Shown here in pieces: positions 1 through 11,500 of a stretch of DNA of 20,045 nucleotides (position 1 is its first letter; each line of letters starts with the position of its first letter). Location of the stretch: assembly GCF_000143415.4 (NCBI RefSeq), contig NW_003314510.1, positions 1-20,045 of the forward strand, in the 5' to 3' direction. Source of the stretch: Selaginella moellendorffii (Eukaryota; Plantae; Lycopodiophyta). Under the pieces are notes generated by a model. That model was not told the DNA's origin. It saw only the letters and a program-made list of their open reading frames with translations, and made no database searches. Position numbers and translations under genes: made by a program.

Positions 1-301
1 GAAGATGCTTGTTTCTACCTCCACAAGTTCTTGGCAAGGGCCTATTGCAAGCCGATGCCATGGCCTGGATACGTTGCTTGTTGACCGCAGCGGCGATCTG
101 GGGCGTGACTTTGGGACACAAACACCCGTTCGACACCGCTCTAGCGGCTCTGCAGCAGCCAGCGCTGGGAGGGCTTCCATTCCCGTAAGAACCCGAGCAT
201 TGCGATATCACCGTCGTCACCAAACCATTGCAATCTTGTCCGCGAACAGCAATCGCCCAAAGCATCACTAGCAAGACGAAGGAGGTGCGTGGAAAAGCCA
301 T
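1..301 (-). CDS. Non-specific lipid transfer protein (8-cysteine motif); exon 1 = 301..19, final exon lies beyond the window start
   Basis: Manual translation from ATG 301: MAFPRTSFVLLVMLWAIAVRG-QDCNGLVTTVISQCSGSYGNGSPPSAGCCRAARAVSNGCLCPKVTPQIAAAVNKQRIQAMASACNRPLPRTCG. It has a signal peptide, the motif C-X10-C-X13-CC-X9-CLC-X22-C-X7-C, and a GT donor at 18, 4 nt after the last Cys codon. It is absent from the ORF track because no stop lies in the window. Confidence 0.93.
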   Translation of the reverse strand, partial: MAFPRTSFVLLVMLWAIAVRGQDCNGLVTTVISQCSGSYGNGSPPSAGCCRAARAVSNGCLCPKVTPQIAAAVNKQRIQAMASACNRPLPRTCGGRNKHL

Positions 302-585
302 CTTAATTTCTCACAATTCCAGAATGCCCTCTTTCTAAGTCTTGCTTCCACTGGATCTCACGAAGAAGAGAGCTCACATTTAAAGCATCCATCACACGGA
401 CTCTTGCCGTCTAGATCACGTCTTTGGTCCTGGTCTTGGTCCTTGGTCTTAAAACTCGGAAAAATCAAACGATCAAATTCATGGAAACATCCCGCGGGAA
501 TTTTCAAACCAACGTTTTCAAATTCAAATATTTGAGCGGGAAGGAATATTACAAAGCACACAAAGTAGTATAATCCTTTGATCAT

Positions 586-1197
586 TCATGGCTGATCCAC
601 CTCGTGTCCATGGTGCCACCCTCCACCGCGTCCGTATCCTCCACGCCCATATCCGTACCCAGGTCCGTAGCCACCATAGCCGGGTCCATAGTATCCGCCA
701 TGGCCCGGTCCGTACCCACCACCGTATCCCGGCCCATAGCCACCATATCCCGGTCCATAGCCACCACCACCATACCCCGGCCCATAGCCACCACCACGCC
801 CGTACCCGCCGTATCCCGGCCCATACCCGCCATAGCCTCCTCGTCCATAACCATCGTCGTCATCGTGGTGGAGTGACTTTGTAGCGGCGTCGTTGTTCTT
901 GAGCTCCTCGTCCTTCTCGGGGNNNNNNNNNNNNNNNNNNNNNNNNNNNNNNNNNNNNNNNNNNNNNNNNNNNNNNNNNNNNNNNNNNNNNNNNNNNNNN
1001 NNNNNNNNNNNNNNNNNNNNNNNNNNNNNNNNNNNNNNNNNNNNNNNNNNNNNNNNNNNNNNNNNNNNNNNNNNNNNNNNNNNNNNNNNNNNNNNNNNNN
1101 NNNNNNNNNNNNNNNNNNNNNNNNNNNNNNNNNNNNNNNNNNNNNNNNNNNNNNNNNNNNNNNNNNNNNNNNNNNNNNNNNNNNNNNNNNNTGACAT
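586..1197 (-). CDS. Glycine-rich protein (GYGPGYGG repeats), probable cell-wall/GRP family; N-terminus hidden in gap 923-1191
   Basis: ORF reads ...PEKDEELKNNDAATKSLHHDDDD-GYGRGGYGGYGPGYGG...GGGWHHGHEVDQP*, with stop at 586. The start is tentatively the ATG at 1197 next to the gap; the true start could lie inside the gap. Confidence 0.85.
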   Translation of the reverse strand: MSXXXXXXXXXXXXXXXXXXXXXXXXXXXXXXXXXXXXXXXXXXXXXXXXXXXXXXXXXXXXXXXXXXXXXXXXXXXXXXXXXXXXXXXXXXPEKDEELKNNDAATKSLHHDDDDGYGRGGYGGYGPGYGGYGRGGGYGPGYGGGGYGPGYGGYGPGYGGGYGPGHGGYYGPGYGGYGPGYGYGRGGYGRGGGWHHGHEVDQP

Positions 1198-1358
1198 GGG
1201 GGTCAACCGCGTTTTATCTGGTTTGGTTGGGTGTCGGTGAGTGAATGCCAGTGAATCGCGACCACGAGACCCTTGCGGCCTGTGTAGAGACAGAGATTTC
1301 TCTCTTCGTGGAAGCAAGTCAGCCGCAATTCTACCATGGCAGCTTTTAAATCTATCCA

Positions 1359-1365
1359 ATTTATA
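1359..1365 (-). promoter_or_regulatory. Candidate TATA box (TATAAAT) for the glycine-rich gene
   Basis: Reverse complement reads CTCTATAAAT, about 165 nt upstream of ATG 1197. Motif match only. Confidence 0.35.
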
Positions 1366-1387
1366 GAGGGTTGACTTTCTCGCGCTC

Positions 1388-1837
1388 TCATTGACTCTTT
1401 GACTGGGTCAAAGGCTTTTGTTTGTGCTTGTCAGACTTATCTTGTGGATATGTGGTGGCTGGATCGAACTCGTTCTTGGCGTTAAAGTATTGGGATCCAA
1501 GTGCCGCTGCTCCAAATCCCCAGCCAAGCCCAATCCCCACCCCACATCCACCACCTTCAAAGCAAAGTATTAGAAAACGTGAGAGATCTCACTCACCTAT
1601 GCCGAGTCCCATTGTTGGTATCGACACTCCTGCAATTGAGCTTGAAAATCTAAGAAAACAGAGAAGATGTAGAGGAATACGTATACCTCCGAATCCCCAT
1701 CCAATCCCAAAACCACACCCAATTCCAATACCTGCTTGAAGTTCCATTGCGGAGTTATCCATTGCGGAATGATGGAAATTGAGATTCATGGACTTACCAA
1801 AACCGACACCCTGTCCTGCAAATGCGCTCATCACCAT
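1388..1837 (-). CDS. TGD5: TRIGALACTOSYLDIACYLGLYCEROL5-like small glycine-rich plastid envelope protein, 94 aa; exons 1837-1798, 1731-1687, 1629-1597, 1554-1388
   Basis: Spliced product is [94 protein letters not shown]. It matches the TGD5 pattern (GxGxGFGxGxGCGFGxGWGFGG...GGGCGVGLGLGWGFG). All introns are GT-AG and the exons sum to 285 nt. Confidence 0.88.
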
Positions 1838-2042
1838 CTCTGCCAGATCAAAGAAATCCTTCGGATACGTCTCTAAGTTCGTACACAAAAGTTGGGTGTA
1901 TAGTTCTTTATCTCTAGTCTTGAAGTAGTGACAGGAGCAAACGATAAATTTGAGTGTCAGTTACAAGAAAGGAAGCACAAACCGTTAAGAATCGCTTCGT
2001 AAAGTCTAGCTTAGTGTCCTTGTTTTCTGCAAAAGAATCATC

Positions 2043-3662
2043 TCATTGCCTGGAAGAACAAAGTCTCTCTACCTGTCGAAGCTTGACTTCCCTGTTGTGG
2101 AGAACTCCATCTCTTCTGAGTGCCATGGGATTCACCCCCGCTTTGTGGGCCGCAACAACACCTAAAGCCTCCCAATAGTTGGCTGCTCTCACCTGAACAA
2201 AAGTATGATTTCAAGAGGACGATTTGCAAAGAAAGAAAAGCTCTTACTGCTTCGATTTGTAGCTTCTCCGGAGTGTCATTCAAGACGGTCACGTTCTCCT
2301 CCACAGCAATAATCAGAGGCTGTGGCACGAGAAACGAGAATCAGGATTGGCGCGCACTAGTAAGGAACTGTTTATAAATGACGTACCTTTTGTCGAGCCT
2401 TTTTACTGAATGCACGAACTCCGTCGCCTCCACAGGCGTTCACCGGCACTAGCACTGCATCGACGTCCTCGGCCCATATCCGGTGAGGTCTGTGATCGCT
2501 GTCCCTGCTAACATATTGAGGAGCCTTGCTTAATCCCGCGAGAACGCTAGGAAGAAAGGTGTATCCAATCTGGAAGCAACATACATTGAGCTTTAAGAGA
2601 AGAGAAGAACAGCGTCCTTACCTCTTCCGCGGCAGATCTAGGAGAAACAGACGAATCGAATGGCAAAGGAGCCAATGCTGGTGCGTGCGCGCAAGGGATG
2701 TGAAACTCACTCACCACCATTTTACTAATCACAGCCTCGACTCCAGCCAGAGCATCGACACCCTGTTTCGAGGATAGTTTAGTTTCGTCACGAGGTCTTT
2801 GAAACTGAAGAATGGTATACCTGACCTTGCCTATAGTCTTTCAACACCTCCACATCGTCGTCTGGAAAGCGTGCTACCACGGCTACAGCATCGATCGCAG
2901 CATCTCTGACAAGTTTCTCTACAGCTCGTAGCAAAGAATCAGAGCGGGCAATGCGACCAGTAGAAGCACCGGTTTTGTCATCGATCCACTTCTCANNNNN
3001 NNNNNNNNNNNNNNNNNNNNNNNNNNNNNNNNNNNNNNNNNNNNNNNNNNNNNNNNNNNNNNNNNNNNNNNNNNNNNNNNNNNNNNNNNNNNNNNNNNNN
3101 NNNNNNNNNNNNNNNNNNNNNNNNNNNNNNNNNNNNNNATCAGCCACTTGTAGATGTCTCAGTCGCAAATCCTGCTCAATCCCGGCGTCGAGGACGAGAC
3201 CGACTTTGTTCCGGTGGACGGGGCTGAGACCCCAGGCACCAGCGGCAAACCGATCGAGAGCGTAGCCTTCGACGTACAAGGCGTTGCTCATCGGCCAGTA
3301 AAGCATAGCTCCATTCAGCACCTAAGCCAAAAAAGCTAAGCTCTCTAGCTTAGAAATTTTCTAGACACTTACATTTGGATGTGTGATGAGACAATCGACG
3401 ATGGAAGCCAGAGCTCTGGCGACGGGGAGAGCATCGCCTGCGTATCCGCCAATGCAGGCCCCAGTTCCAGTCGGGACGATCAGCACAGCCGTGTATGGCC
3501 GCGACGCAAAAGCCTGGCAATCAAAATGTTAATGGATCAAATCGATCGATGACATACCGGAGCAAAGAATGCCGTTGCTGCAGCCGTGCGCTTCTGCCTC
3601 CGCGATGCTAGCCCCGGCGCCCAGAATCCTCGAGGAGCCGGGAGCAATCCACACAGCAGCAT
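2043..3662 (-). CDS. DUF3326 family protein (cyanobacterial-type, probably plastid-targeted), at least 7 exons, partly in gap 2996-3138
   Basis: Transit-peptide-like exon 1 (MLLCGLLPAPRGFWAPGLASRRQKRTAAATAFFAP, 3662-3558) is followed by YTAVLIVPTGTGACIGGYAGDALP..LITHPN/VLNGAMLYW..YVEGYALDRFAAG, GVDALAGVEAVIS..IPCAHAPAL, SAAEE/IGYTFLPSVLAGL, IIAVEEN and ANYWEALGVVAAHKAGVNP. Phases are consistent across GT-AG introns, and the stop is at 2043. Confidence 0.88.
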
Positions 3663-3700
3663 TGGATTGGATAAGCCCTAAAATTTCACATAGGGGCTAG

Positions 3701-3717
3701 TTTATATCTTTCGCGCC
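3701..3717 (-). promoter_or_regulatory. Candidate TATA (ATATAAA) plus adjacent E2F-type site TTTCGCGCC upstream of the DUF3326 gene
   Basis: tttatat at 3701-3707 and tttcgcgcc at 3709-3717, about 40-55 nt upstream of ATG 3662. Motif match only. Confidence 0.3.
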
Positions 3718-4269
3718 ATTTCGCCAGTTCTAGAGAGCAAGTTCTGGGGGGCTTTTACATGGGCTTCAAGGAATAAAATGTGTACACAGTGTTTACAACA
3801 GCTCCAATTCCAGACTGGGATGTTGGAGAACTGTTCACGAATGTTGATGCAAAACATGGGTGGGGGCAACATCACCTTGAATTTGCTATTAGAATTAGAA
3901 TGATCCAAAATATGTAAGTCTGTTCAGTAGCATGGTTTGTTGTCACCCATGTCTATTTCAAAAGGTTCTGGTTTATGCAGCTAAGTTGTTTGTGATCATT
4001 GCAAATGGAAATTGTTTCTGCAACCTATATATATATAAGCTTATATATGAATAATAAGGTTGCAATTCCTACCCTAATGACGTTAAGTTAAAATAAAAGT
4101 TTTTTATGTCATGTAGATTTGAGCATAGCAATACCTTGGTGACTTAGTAGCTATATTAGAGCCAATCTAAAAAAGAAAAAAGAAAACTAAGCCATCTAAA
4201 TTTGAAACTTTTGTACATTTTACTTCAGTGACATTATCAATATTGGCATTTTGGTCTTGATTACCACTT

Positions 4270-4360
4270 TGGTTTTGCTCAGCGAAATATCATTCTCAAT
4301 ATCATTTTTAATTTAATTGTCAATTTGTAAATAAAACTATTTGAGAAGAAAAATATTTTA
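4270..4360 (+). repeat. Dispersed repeat, copy A (inverted relative to the copy at 16107-16197)
   Basis: Perfect 21-bp core tttaattgtcaatttgtaaat (4312-4332) is the reverse complement of 16135-16155. Imperfect similarity extends on both sides. Confidence 0.7.
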
Positions 4361-5192
4361 CAAGGAAAACAAACTTGTATAAACAAAAGATCTAGTTTTC
4401 CCATACTAAATACTTATTTTTGCAATGCAAAAATCAAGATTTTTCTATGACACAATCAATTAAACATAATTTATACTTTTATATTTGTTTATGGTAAAGC
4501 TTTTGAGCTAAACAATCTTAACCATATTAAAAGAAGTAGGTTGAAGCTTAAAGACAAGAGAGTTAATTTTTATTTTTTCTTAGATTGACATTCTTTTGCA
4601 TTATTGACATCGCAGTTGAGAAATATAATTTTTGCAAAACCCTACCCAAATGAATTTACAAATGATATTAAATTTTCAACTTTTAAGCTATAATACCCTA
4701 AAATTTTGAATTGAAGCAGGAATATAAATATATCTATGTTATGTTTATCATATAATACCCATAATCTATATGAGTGGACCTTAAGTAAGTTATTATGAAA
4801 AATAAAATATTAAATATTTGATTCTTAAATTATATTTACAATCATTTTTATCCTTTTATTTATGTTCTAATATAAAATTATTATCCTTTATATATTCATT
4901 TATTTTTGTTCTACATAAAAATATAAAATTTTAAAATTTATTACTTACTGGCTGAGCAACCTGAAACTTCTTGCCAAGCTGCAACCATGTCACCACCACT
5001 CTTGCAGTTTGTCTCCATGGTTTTCATAAGGGGTGTTGGCTCCAAATGACCAGATTGGCAATCACTCACAAATCTTCGACTAGGAGCACCAAGTTCTCAC
5101 TGGTCTTGCTACATCACACCCTCTAGTGCTGTGCTGCTCCTCCCTCACCATAGACTGATCTTGTTCTGCTTTTCCTACAGCCCCTGCAGGTC

Positions 5193-5471
5193 ATGCTACC
5201 TGGTTGGCAATCCACTACACCCAAGTTCCAGTATGACAAAGTAGTCTCAGTTACTGGGCCACTTCAAGCTTGGTTCTATGATTCCGCAACCGACTCATGG
5301 ACCGCTTCCACCCTTGGTGCCTTTTTCGTTCAGTGCGAGATTGTGTGTGGGAGACAGTGTGTGGTATTTGCTCGACTGGATGTCGATGCGGGTGCGTGGG
5401 AGATGACTCTCGCTTCACGGCACCTTTTCTTCTTCGAGGAGATACAATCTTCAAAAATGCTCTTATCATAA
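5193..5471 (+). pseudogene. Possible remnant of an F-box/kelch-associated beta-propeller gene
   Basis: GC-richer patch whose ORF contains YDKVVSV..AWFYDSATDSW and ARLDVDAGAWE, typical of plant F-box-associated repeats. No F-box and no intact upstream frame are visible. Confidence 0.35.
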
Positions 5472-5505
5472 TTAATTATCCATTGCAAATATTTAGGGCT
5501 TGGGC

Positions 5506-8500
5506 ATGGAGGAAGCCCGGCAGGCGCTGGGCGATGGTCGATTCCCCGACGCTGTCAAGCTCTGCAAGCAGCTACTCAAGCATGATCGCCGCAACTACGA
5601 TGGATTCGTGGTCCTCGGCCTGGCGCTCGTCCGCAGCTCGCAGCATCTGGATCAGGCCGAAATGTCGCTCAAGAAGGCCATCTCTCTCGATCCATCCGCA
5701 TTGCCGGCGTACCAGGTAAGCATTGCTTGCTAGATTCGTCCAGAGTTCCACTAGGGATTAAGCAGGCTATGGTCGAGCTGCGGGAATCGATGGGAAGCTC
5801 ACCAGATTTGCTCGCCGAATCGATCCAAGCAGCTCTGGATGTGGCCAGGGCGCGGAACCAGAGTGCGCTTGCGGCGGATTTGATGCGGAAGCTTGCACGG
5901 ACATTCTCAGCTGGACACAAGCACGATCAAGCGAAAGCTGCTTGGGGCCAAGTTCTCGACATGGAAGTAAGTCGAGAGCAACGGGTTGAGGCCCTCTCTG
6001 GAATTGTGGACGCGCACATAGCAGCTGGCAAAGGAGCGAAAGAATGCGAAGCAACTGGAGAGGAAGAAACACAAGCTATGGTGTCACACCTTGAAGAGCT
6101 TGTCTCCATGCTACCTTACGTTGAGATCTACCGGGAACTTTTGTTGGCACTTCTTGCTTGCAAAGCTCGTCGAGGTACCGCCCAGTGGAAATCTTCTGAC
6201 GGTCTCGCTGACAGGAGCTTTTTTTCCAGGGGAGCAAACGAAAAAGGATCTCTTGAAGCACTCCCGAGAAATGCTATCAACTTGTCCCTCGACAATGGCG
6301 GCCGATGTGCTTGTGACCATGGCTGAAGAGGACGATGCGGAAGAACTTTTCGAGGATTTTGAAACGGGAGAAGCGAGCTTTCGTGTCTGGATCGGAAAGC
6401 ACGTTGCTCATCTATATCCTGGAAGGGGTATCACACTAGCTTCATCCAAGTGTAAAACTTCTAGGTGAAAGGCAGCTCTAGCGGCGATCGGTACTGACCA
6501 ACAGTTCTTTTGCAGGAAGATGCTGGCAGAGTGGGATGTTTCATGTGACGAAAACTCAATCTCTGGGTATGTATACCTTCTCTTGTTTGTTTTCTATATC
6601 CTAAGCGTTTAAGCAGGTGTCGGATGCTGGCAAAAGAACTTGTGTCCGAAGGGCTGTTTGAGAAAGCTTCTGAGCGAGTAGGAAAGGGTCTAGCTTCTAT
6701 AGCGCTCAAACGAAGGTCATACGGACTAGTTNNNNNNNNNNNNNNNNNNNNNNNNNNNNNNNNNNNNNNNNNNNNNNNNNNNNNNNNNNNNNNNNNNNNN
6801 NNNNNNNNNNNNNNNNNNNNNNNNNNNNNNNCTTTTTCTAAATTGCAATCCATCCAGGAGGCCAAGTCCCTGCCGGAACAACGAAGCAGAATTATCATTG
6901 GTGAGGCTTTCCAGGTTAACTCGTTTACTTTTCTAAAAGGTTTATGTACTTAAATCATCTGTACGTCCCAGGGATTGGTAAAGCTCTCACTTGCTATGAA
7001 GGAAAGGGATGTCGCAAAGTCCAGGCTTGATCAAATTCTGCGACAGGATCCTAAAGATCACTGGGCACTTTCTGAGAGAGGTTGGCTCGCTTTCGAAACC
7101 AGTTCCTTCAACCAAGCAAAGGCAGACTTGGAGAATGCTGTTTCTGCATGCCAGGAATCTGCTATTTACCACTACCGTTTGGTATGCATAATGTGCTGTA
7201 TTACCATGACAAAGATGGACGTTTCAGGGACGCGTTTATTGGGAAACCGAAGACATGAAGGAGAAAGCAGCACACGAATTTGTTGAATCTGCAAAACTTG
7301 ACCCCAGTCGAGCTGATACGTTCATCTACTTGGGCCACTACTACAGAGAGCTTGCAAAAGATCTTCGAAGGGCAGTTCGCTGCTACCAAAAGGCTGTGGC
7401 TTTGGACGCCGAAAATGAAGCGACGGGAGTAAGCAATCGCCTGTCCTTTTGTCCATGCTGACGTCATTTATAAGCTTGTTCAGGAAATGCTTTGTGACAT
7501 CCTTGATCATGGGGGGCAGTTTTCAATGGAAAAGAACATTTGTGAAGAGGCTTCAAAAAAATCACCTCGTGCATTTTGGGCATGGCGGCGTCTTGGATTT
7601 ATTCAGGTGCGAGCCTCCTTATAGTGCTTCTGGCCATCAGCTCAAACTTCGCGCAGGTAGCGGAACGGAAGTGGTCAGAGGCAATATCGAGCACGCAATA
7701 TGGTCTTCGCGGATATCCGACTGATTCCCGCCTTTGGGAGGTAAGCCATGTAACCGTCGGTTAAGCTGTGACATCCTTGTGTTTTGTTCAGGCTCTAGCA
7801 CTGTCTTATAAAAAGCTAGGCATGCTTACTGCCGCGTCGAAGGTTCTCGATTTCTGTTTTATCGTCTGAGCTGACGTTCTATCCTTAGGCTTTTGGTCGT
7901 GCATTTGACCTTGACAACAGTAGCCTGTTCGCTGCTCTTGAAATGGGAGCTATCGACCTTGCCTTGTCCGCATTTTCTAAGGTGTTTTGTTCTTCTACGG
8001 GTCACGTTTTCTTACAAAGCTACTATTTACAGGCCACCCGAGCGTATCGTGAAGCCTTGCGTATCTCTCCTGGTGAGCTCATTGCTATTCATGGCCTCGT
8101 ATCTTCCTTACTTGGTCAAGCTCGGGAGTGCTTTACTCAGGGTGCGTTTTGGTGGTGTGCTACAATCTTGAAGGTAAGCTGTTTTCTCTAGTAGGCCAAA
8201 AGTTTTTTAACTCAAGGCTCTCAGGAGGCAATTGATTTAGCCATTGGAAGCAGGTCGATGTATGGGCATTTGGTTGCCATATGGAAGCACCTTGGCGATG
8301 CAAGCGTAAATATTCGCATTGGTAGTGCTTCTATTGTCTTATTTTTCCTGTTGCAGTTGATGTACGCGCAGTCGTTGCCTTTTGAATCAGCAGATCCGCA
8401 GAGATCTTGGCAAGAGGCTGTTGACTCGTGGTACAGTGAACGAGTAGATGCTGCGAATAACGCTGTGCATGCGTATCGACGTGCAATCCATTTGCTACCA

Positions 8501-11500
8501 AGCGAAGGGAGTCTGTATCGTGATCTTGCAACCGCAATGGAGTATACGTTGAATTTAAAGAAACCTTCCAGACCCTCACAAACAAGATGGTAACACCACT
8601 TTCTCTATCATTTCTCTGACTCGTATTCTGCCAGGTTCGAAACGGAAATTATTGTCTGCTGTGGTTTGCAACACGATGGATCGAACGCGGATATGTGGGT
8701 GTCTCTAGCTCTCGTCACTCAACACAAAGGACTCCGGCAGCATGCTCTTATTCAGGCTCTCCGACTTGATGCAAACCATGCAATTGCATGGGCTTATCTA
8801 GGCCAAGTACGTGTTCTGTCCCCTCGAAGCTGTGTGTATTTATCTTTGCCTTTGCAGCTCTATTTGAGTTTGGGTGAGCAAGTCCTGGCGCAACAATCAT
8901 TCGATAGAGCTCGAAGTGCAGATCCAACTTTATCATTGCCATGGGCCGGAATGGCACTCATCCATTATAATTTAAGCCAGAGGTTTTTCTTTTTAATTCT
9001 TTTCTCAAGTTATCTTCTTACTTACTCACGCATTTCATCCTTTTGTAGAACTACCTCGAAGGATCAGGCTTTAGAAGCGTTCGCAAGCTGTTCCTGTGCT
9101 GTGCAACTCTCATGTGTAAGCATGAACTTGTTCCTTCGTCTCTTTTTGTATCTCATAAATTCATGTCAGGCACCTAACGTACATCTCGGGGTTGGCCAAC
9201 TAGCGGCGCAGACGCAGAATCTTGGCCTACCTCAGGTCAGTGTTTTTATCCTCTGTAGAGTCAATTCGTAATGTTGTGGTTGTTCCAGGTGAATTTGGCT
9301 CTGCAACATGCATCTCAAAGACAGCCATTACAAGCAGCAGCACATAATCTGCGAGGGCTGTCATGTGAGTCCAGAAAGGATTACATGCCAGCTGTTGTAG
9401 CGTATAGGAATTCCCGTTCTGCAGCTACAAAAGCATTACTATCTAGTGAGCTTCAGACTCTTATTACGGCGAATCTTGCTCGAACTTTATGCAAGGTCAG
9501 AAGCTTTTCCTTCCTCTTTCTATACTGATTGTTGTCAGGGGGTCCAGGCTGGAAATGCAGAGGATGCAGTTCTGGAGTATAACAAGCTTCGTGATTCCAG
9601 TAAGAAAGCCTTACATATTTGTTCGAGCTTGCAAGATTTGTTGTTTGTTGTGTAGGTTCGTTACATGACTTGGATGATATCCGAAGCTATGCTGTCGCAT
9701 TAAGGGACTCGGGTCAAGGAGTTCAGGCGGAGGTACTCATAAAGAAGGCACTAACCACAAGAACACCACATGACAGCAGAGCACAGTTCGCTGCTATGCT
9801 CGTGCTTCTCTCCAAATTAACATACTTCAACCAAGGACCTGTGCCTGGATTTGACGTTCTATGGAGTGCTCCTGACATACTCTTTTCGGACGAAGAACTT
9901 TGCTTGACGGCTCTTTCGCTAGCACTCTCTACCTGTAGAACAGATCGGATTTCTGCAGCCATTAGTCGATGCCGTTATCTATTCACTTCAAAGTACGCAG
10001 CAGATGCGTACGTGCTAATTGCATCAATGAACCAGGTGAGCTTTTCGTTCTATCATTCTAATGTGCGAAGCTGTTGATTTGCTATCAGGCTGAGGTAATT
10101 CCGGACATGAAAAGAGCACTGCATTGTTACCCCACGAGTGGCAGCTTGAGGTAGAAATTTCCATTTCCTCCTAAAATGATGCCGCTTATAATAACATCTC
10201 TTCCTTTGCAGAGCAAAGCTGGGAGAGATTATTCTTTCTCATGGTTCTCATGATCATGGTTCAACTTCAAACCTGGTGGAACGATTGTGCAGCATGAGCT
10301 CTCTGATTTCAGATGACAGGCTGACGCAGAAGTTGAGTTCGTTGGTTCTTGTTGATGCTACGGTTGCGTGCGGTCAATATGGCACGGAAATACTCCTTCA
10401 GCTGCAGAGGTGAAGGTTTTATCCCGTCGTTTCACATTTGACACTTGCTGTCTTTGCAGGGTGGTTCACCGCGAGCCCTGGAACATGAAGGCACGATATT
10501 GCTTGATACTGGTTTTGCTTGGTGGTGCGCGAAGACAAGGCTTTCCTCGTCATCTCTGCCATACTATACTACGAATATCGACAACTACTCTGTACCATCT
10601 CCCTTCTTCCTCTGATCGTCAGGCTGCCTACATGCGAATGCAGATAGAGCTTTGTGTGTCGGAGAGTGAGCTGAGGCTCGGCAACTACACTTGCGCTCTT
10701 GACCGAGCCGTGGCATCTCTCAACGCCATCAAGGGGTTCTCAGATCTCAATGCGGCTCCTGCGTACCTCCAGCTCGCTCGCTGCTATCGTCTACTCAACG
10801 ACTTGTCTCATTTCGTAAAAGGAGCAGTGGCAGGGTGGCAGCAGCAAACAGATGTAAAACGAGACAATGCTCTTTGGCACTTGTCATTGCTGGAGTTGCA
10901 GCTATGCTGTGGAGTGATCAAAGAGGACGATAGTGTGTTATTCAGGCTCAGGCATTCGCTGCAGCAGTCCAAGCAGGGATGGTTAGCACTTCTTGAAGTG
11001 ATGCTAGCGCGCCTCTATTATCAAAGGGCTGAGCCAGAGCTATCAGAGGATGCTGCAGCCAATGCATTGCTATGGTGGCCAAACAATCCAGTGCTGTGTC
11101 TCTTCCATGGTACGTTAACAGGCACAAGTTTTGATCGATTGAACTGACCCGCGCTACTTTGTAAAGGTGCGGTATCTTTGGAGCTGGCAAAGTCGGGGAA
11201 GGGAGCCAGCTATGCATCTAAGGCTGTTTCAAGCCTTGGGAAAGCGGTGCGAGACAAGGGTAGAGAGCTTCCGACGGCATACGCTCTTCTAGCTCAAGCC
11301 GAGTCAAGCGGCAGCAAAGATGGATCGAATCGGGCAGGTGTGGTAAAAAAATGGGCCAAGCACCTGCGAGCAGCATTCCTGGCATGGCCTACGACAGGTA
11401 CTACTACACAAGTGTGTCATTGTTGCTTTCGTTGATTTCGTCGTTTCTTACAGAACATCCAGTACCAGCAGAGATGTTTTTCCTCATGGCTTTACTATCC

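Noticed and set aside
5-271. 88-aa plus-strand ORF
   Set aside because: It is antisense to the clear nsLTP exon.
582-884. Overlapping His-rich, Met/Asp-rich and Thr/Ser-rich ORFs
   Set aside because: They are alternative-frame and antisense shadows of the repetitive glycine-rich CDS.
2043-3662. DUF3326 as a recent horizontal transfer from cyanobacteria
   Set aside because: It has multiple introns and a transit-peptide-like leader, and the family is widespread in plants, so endosymbiotic origin is the simpler explanation.
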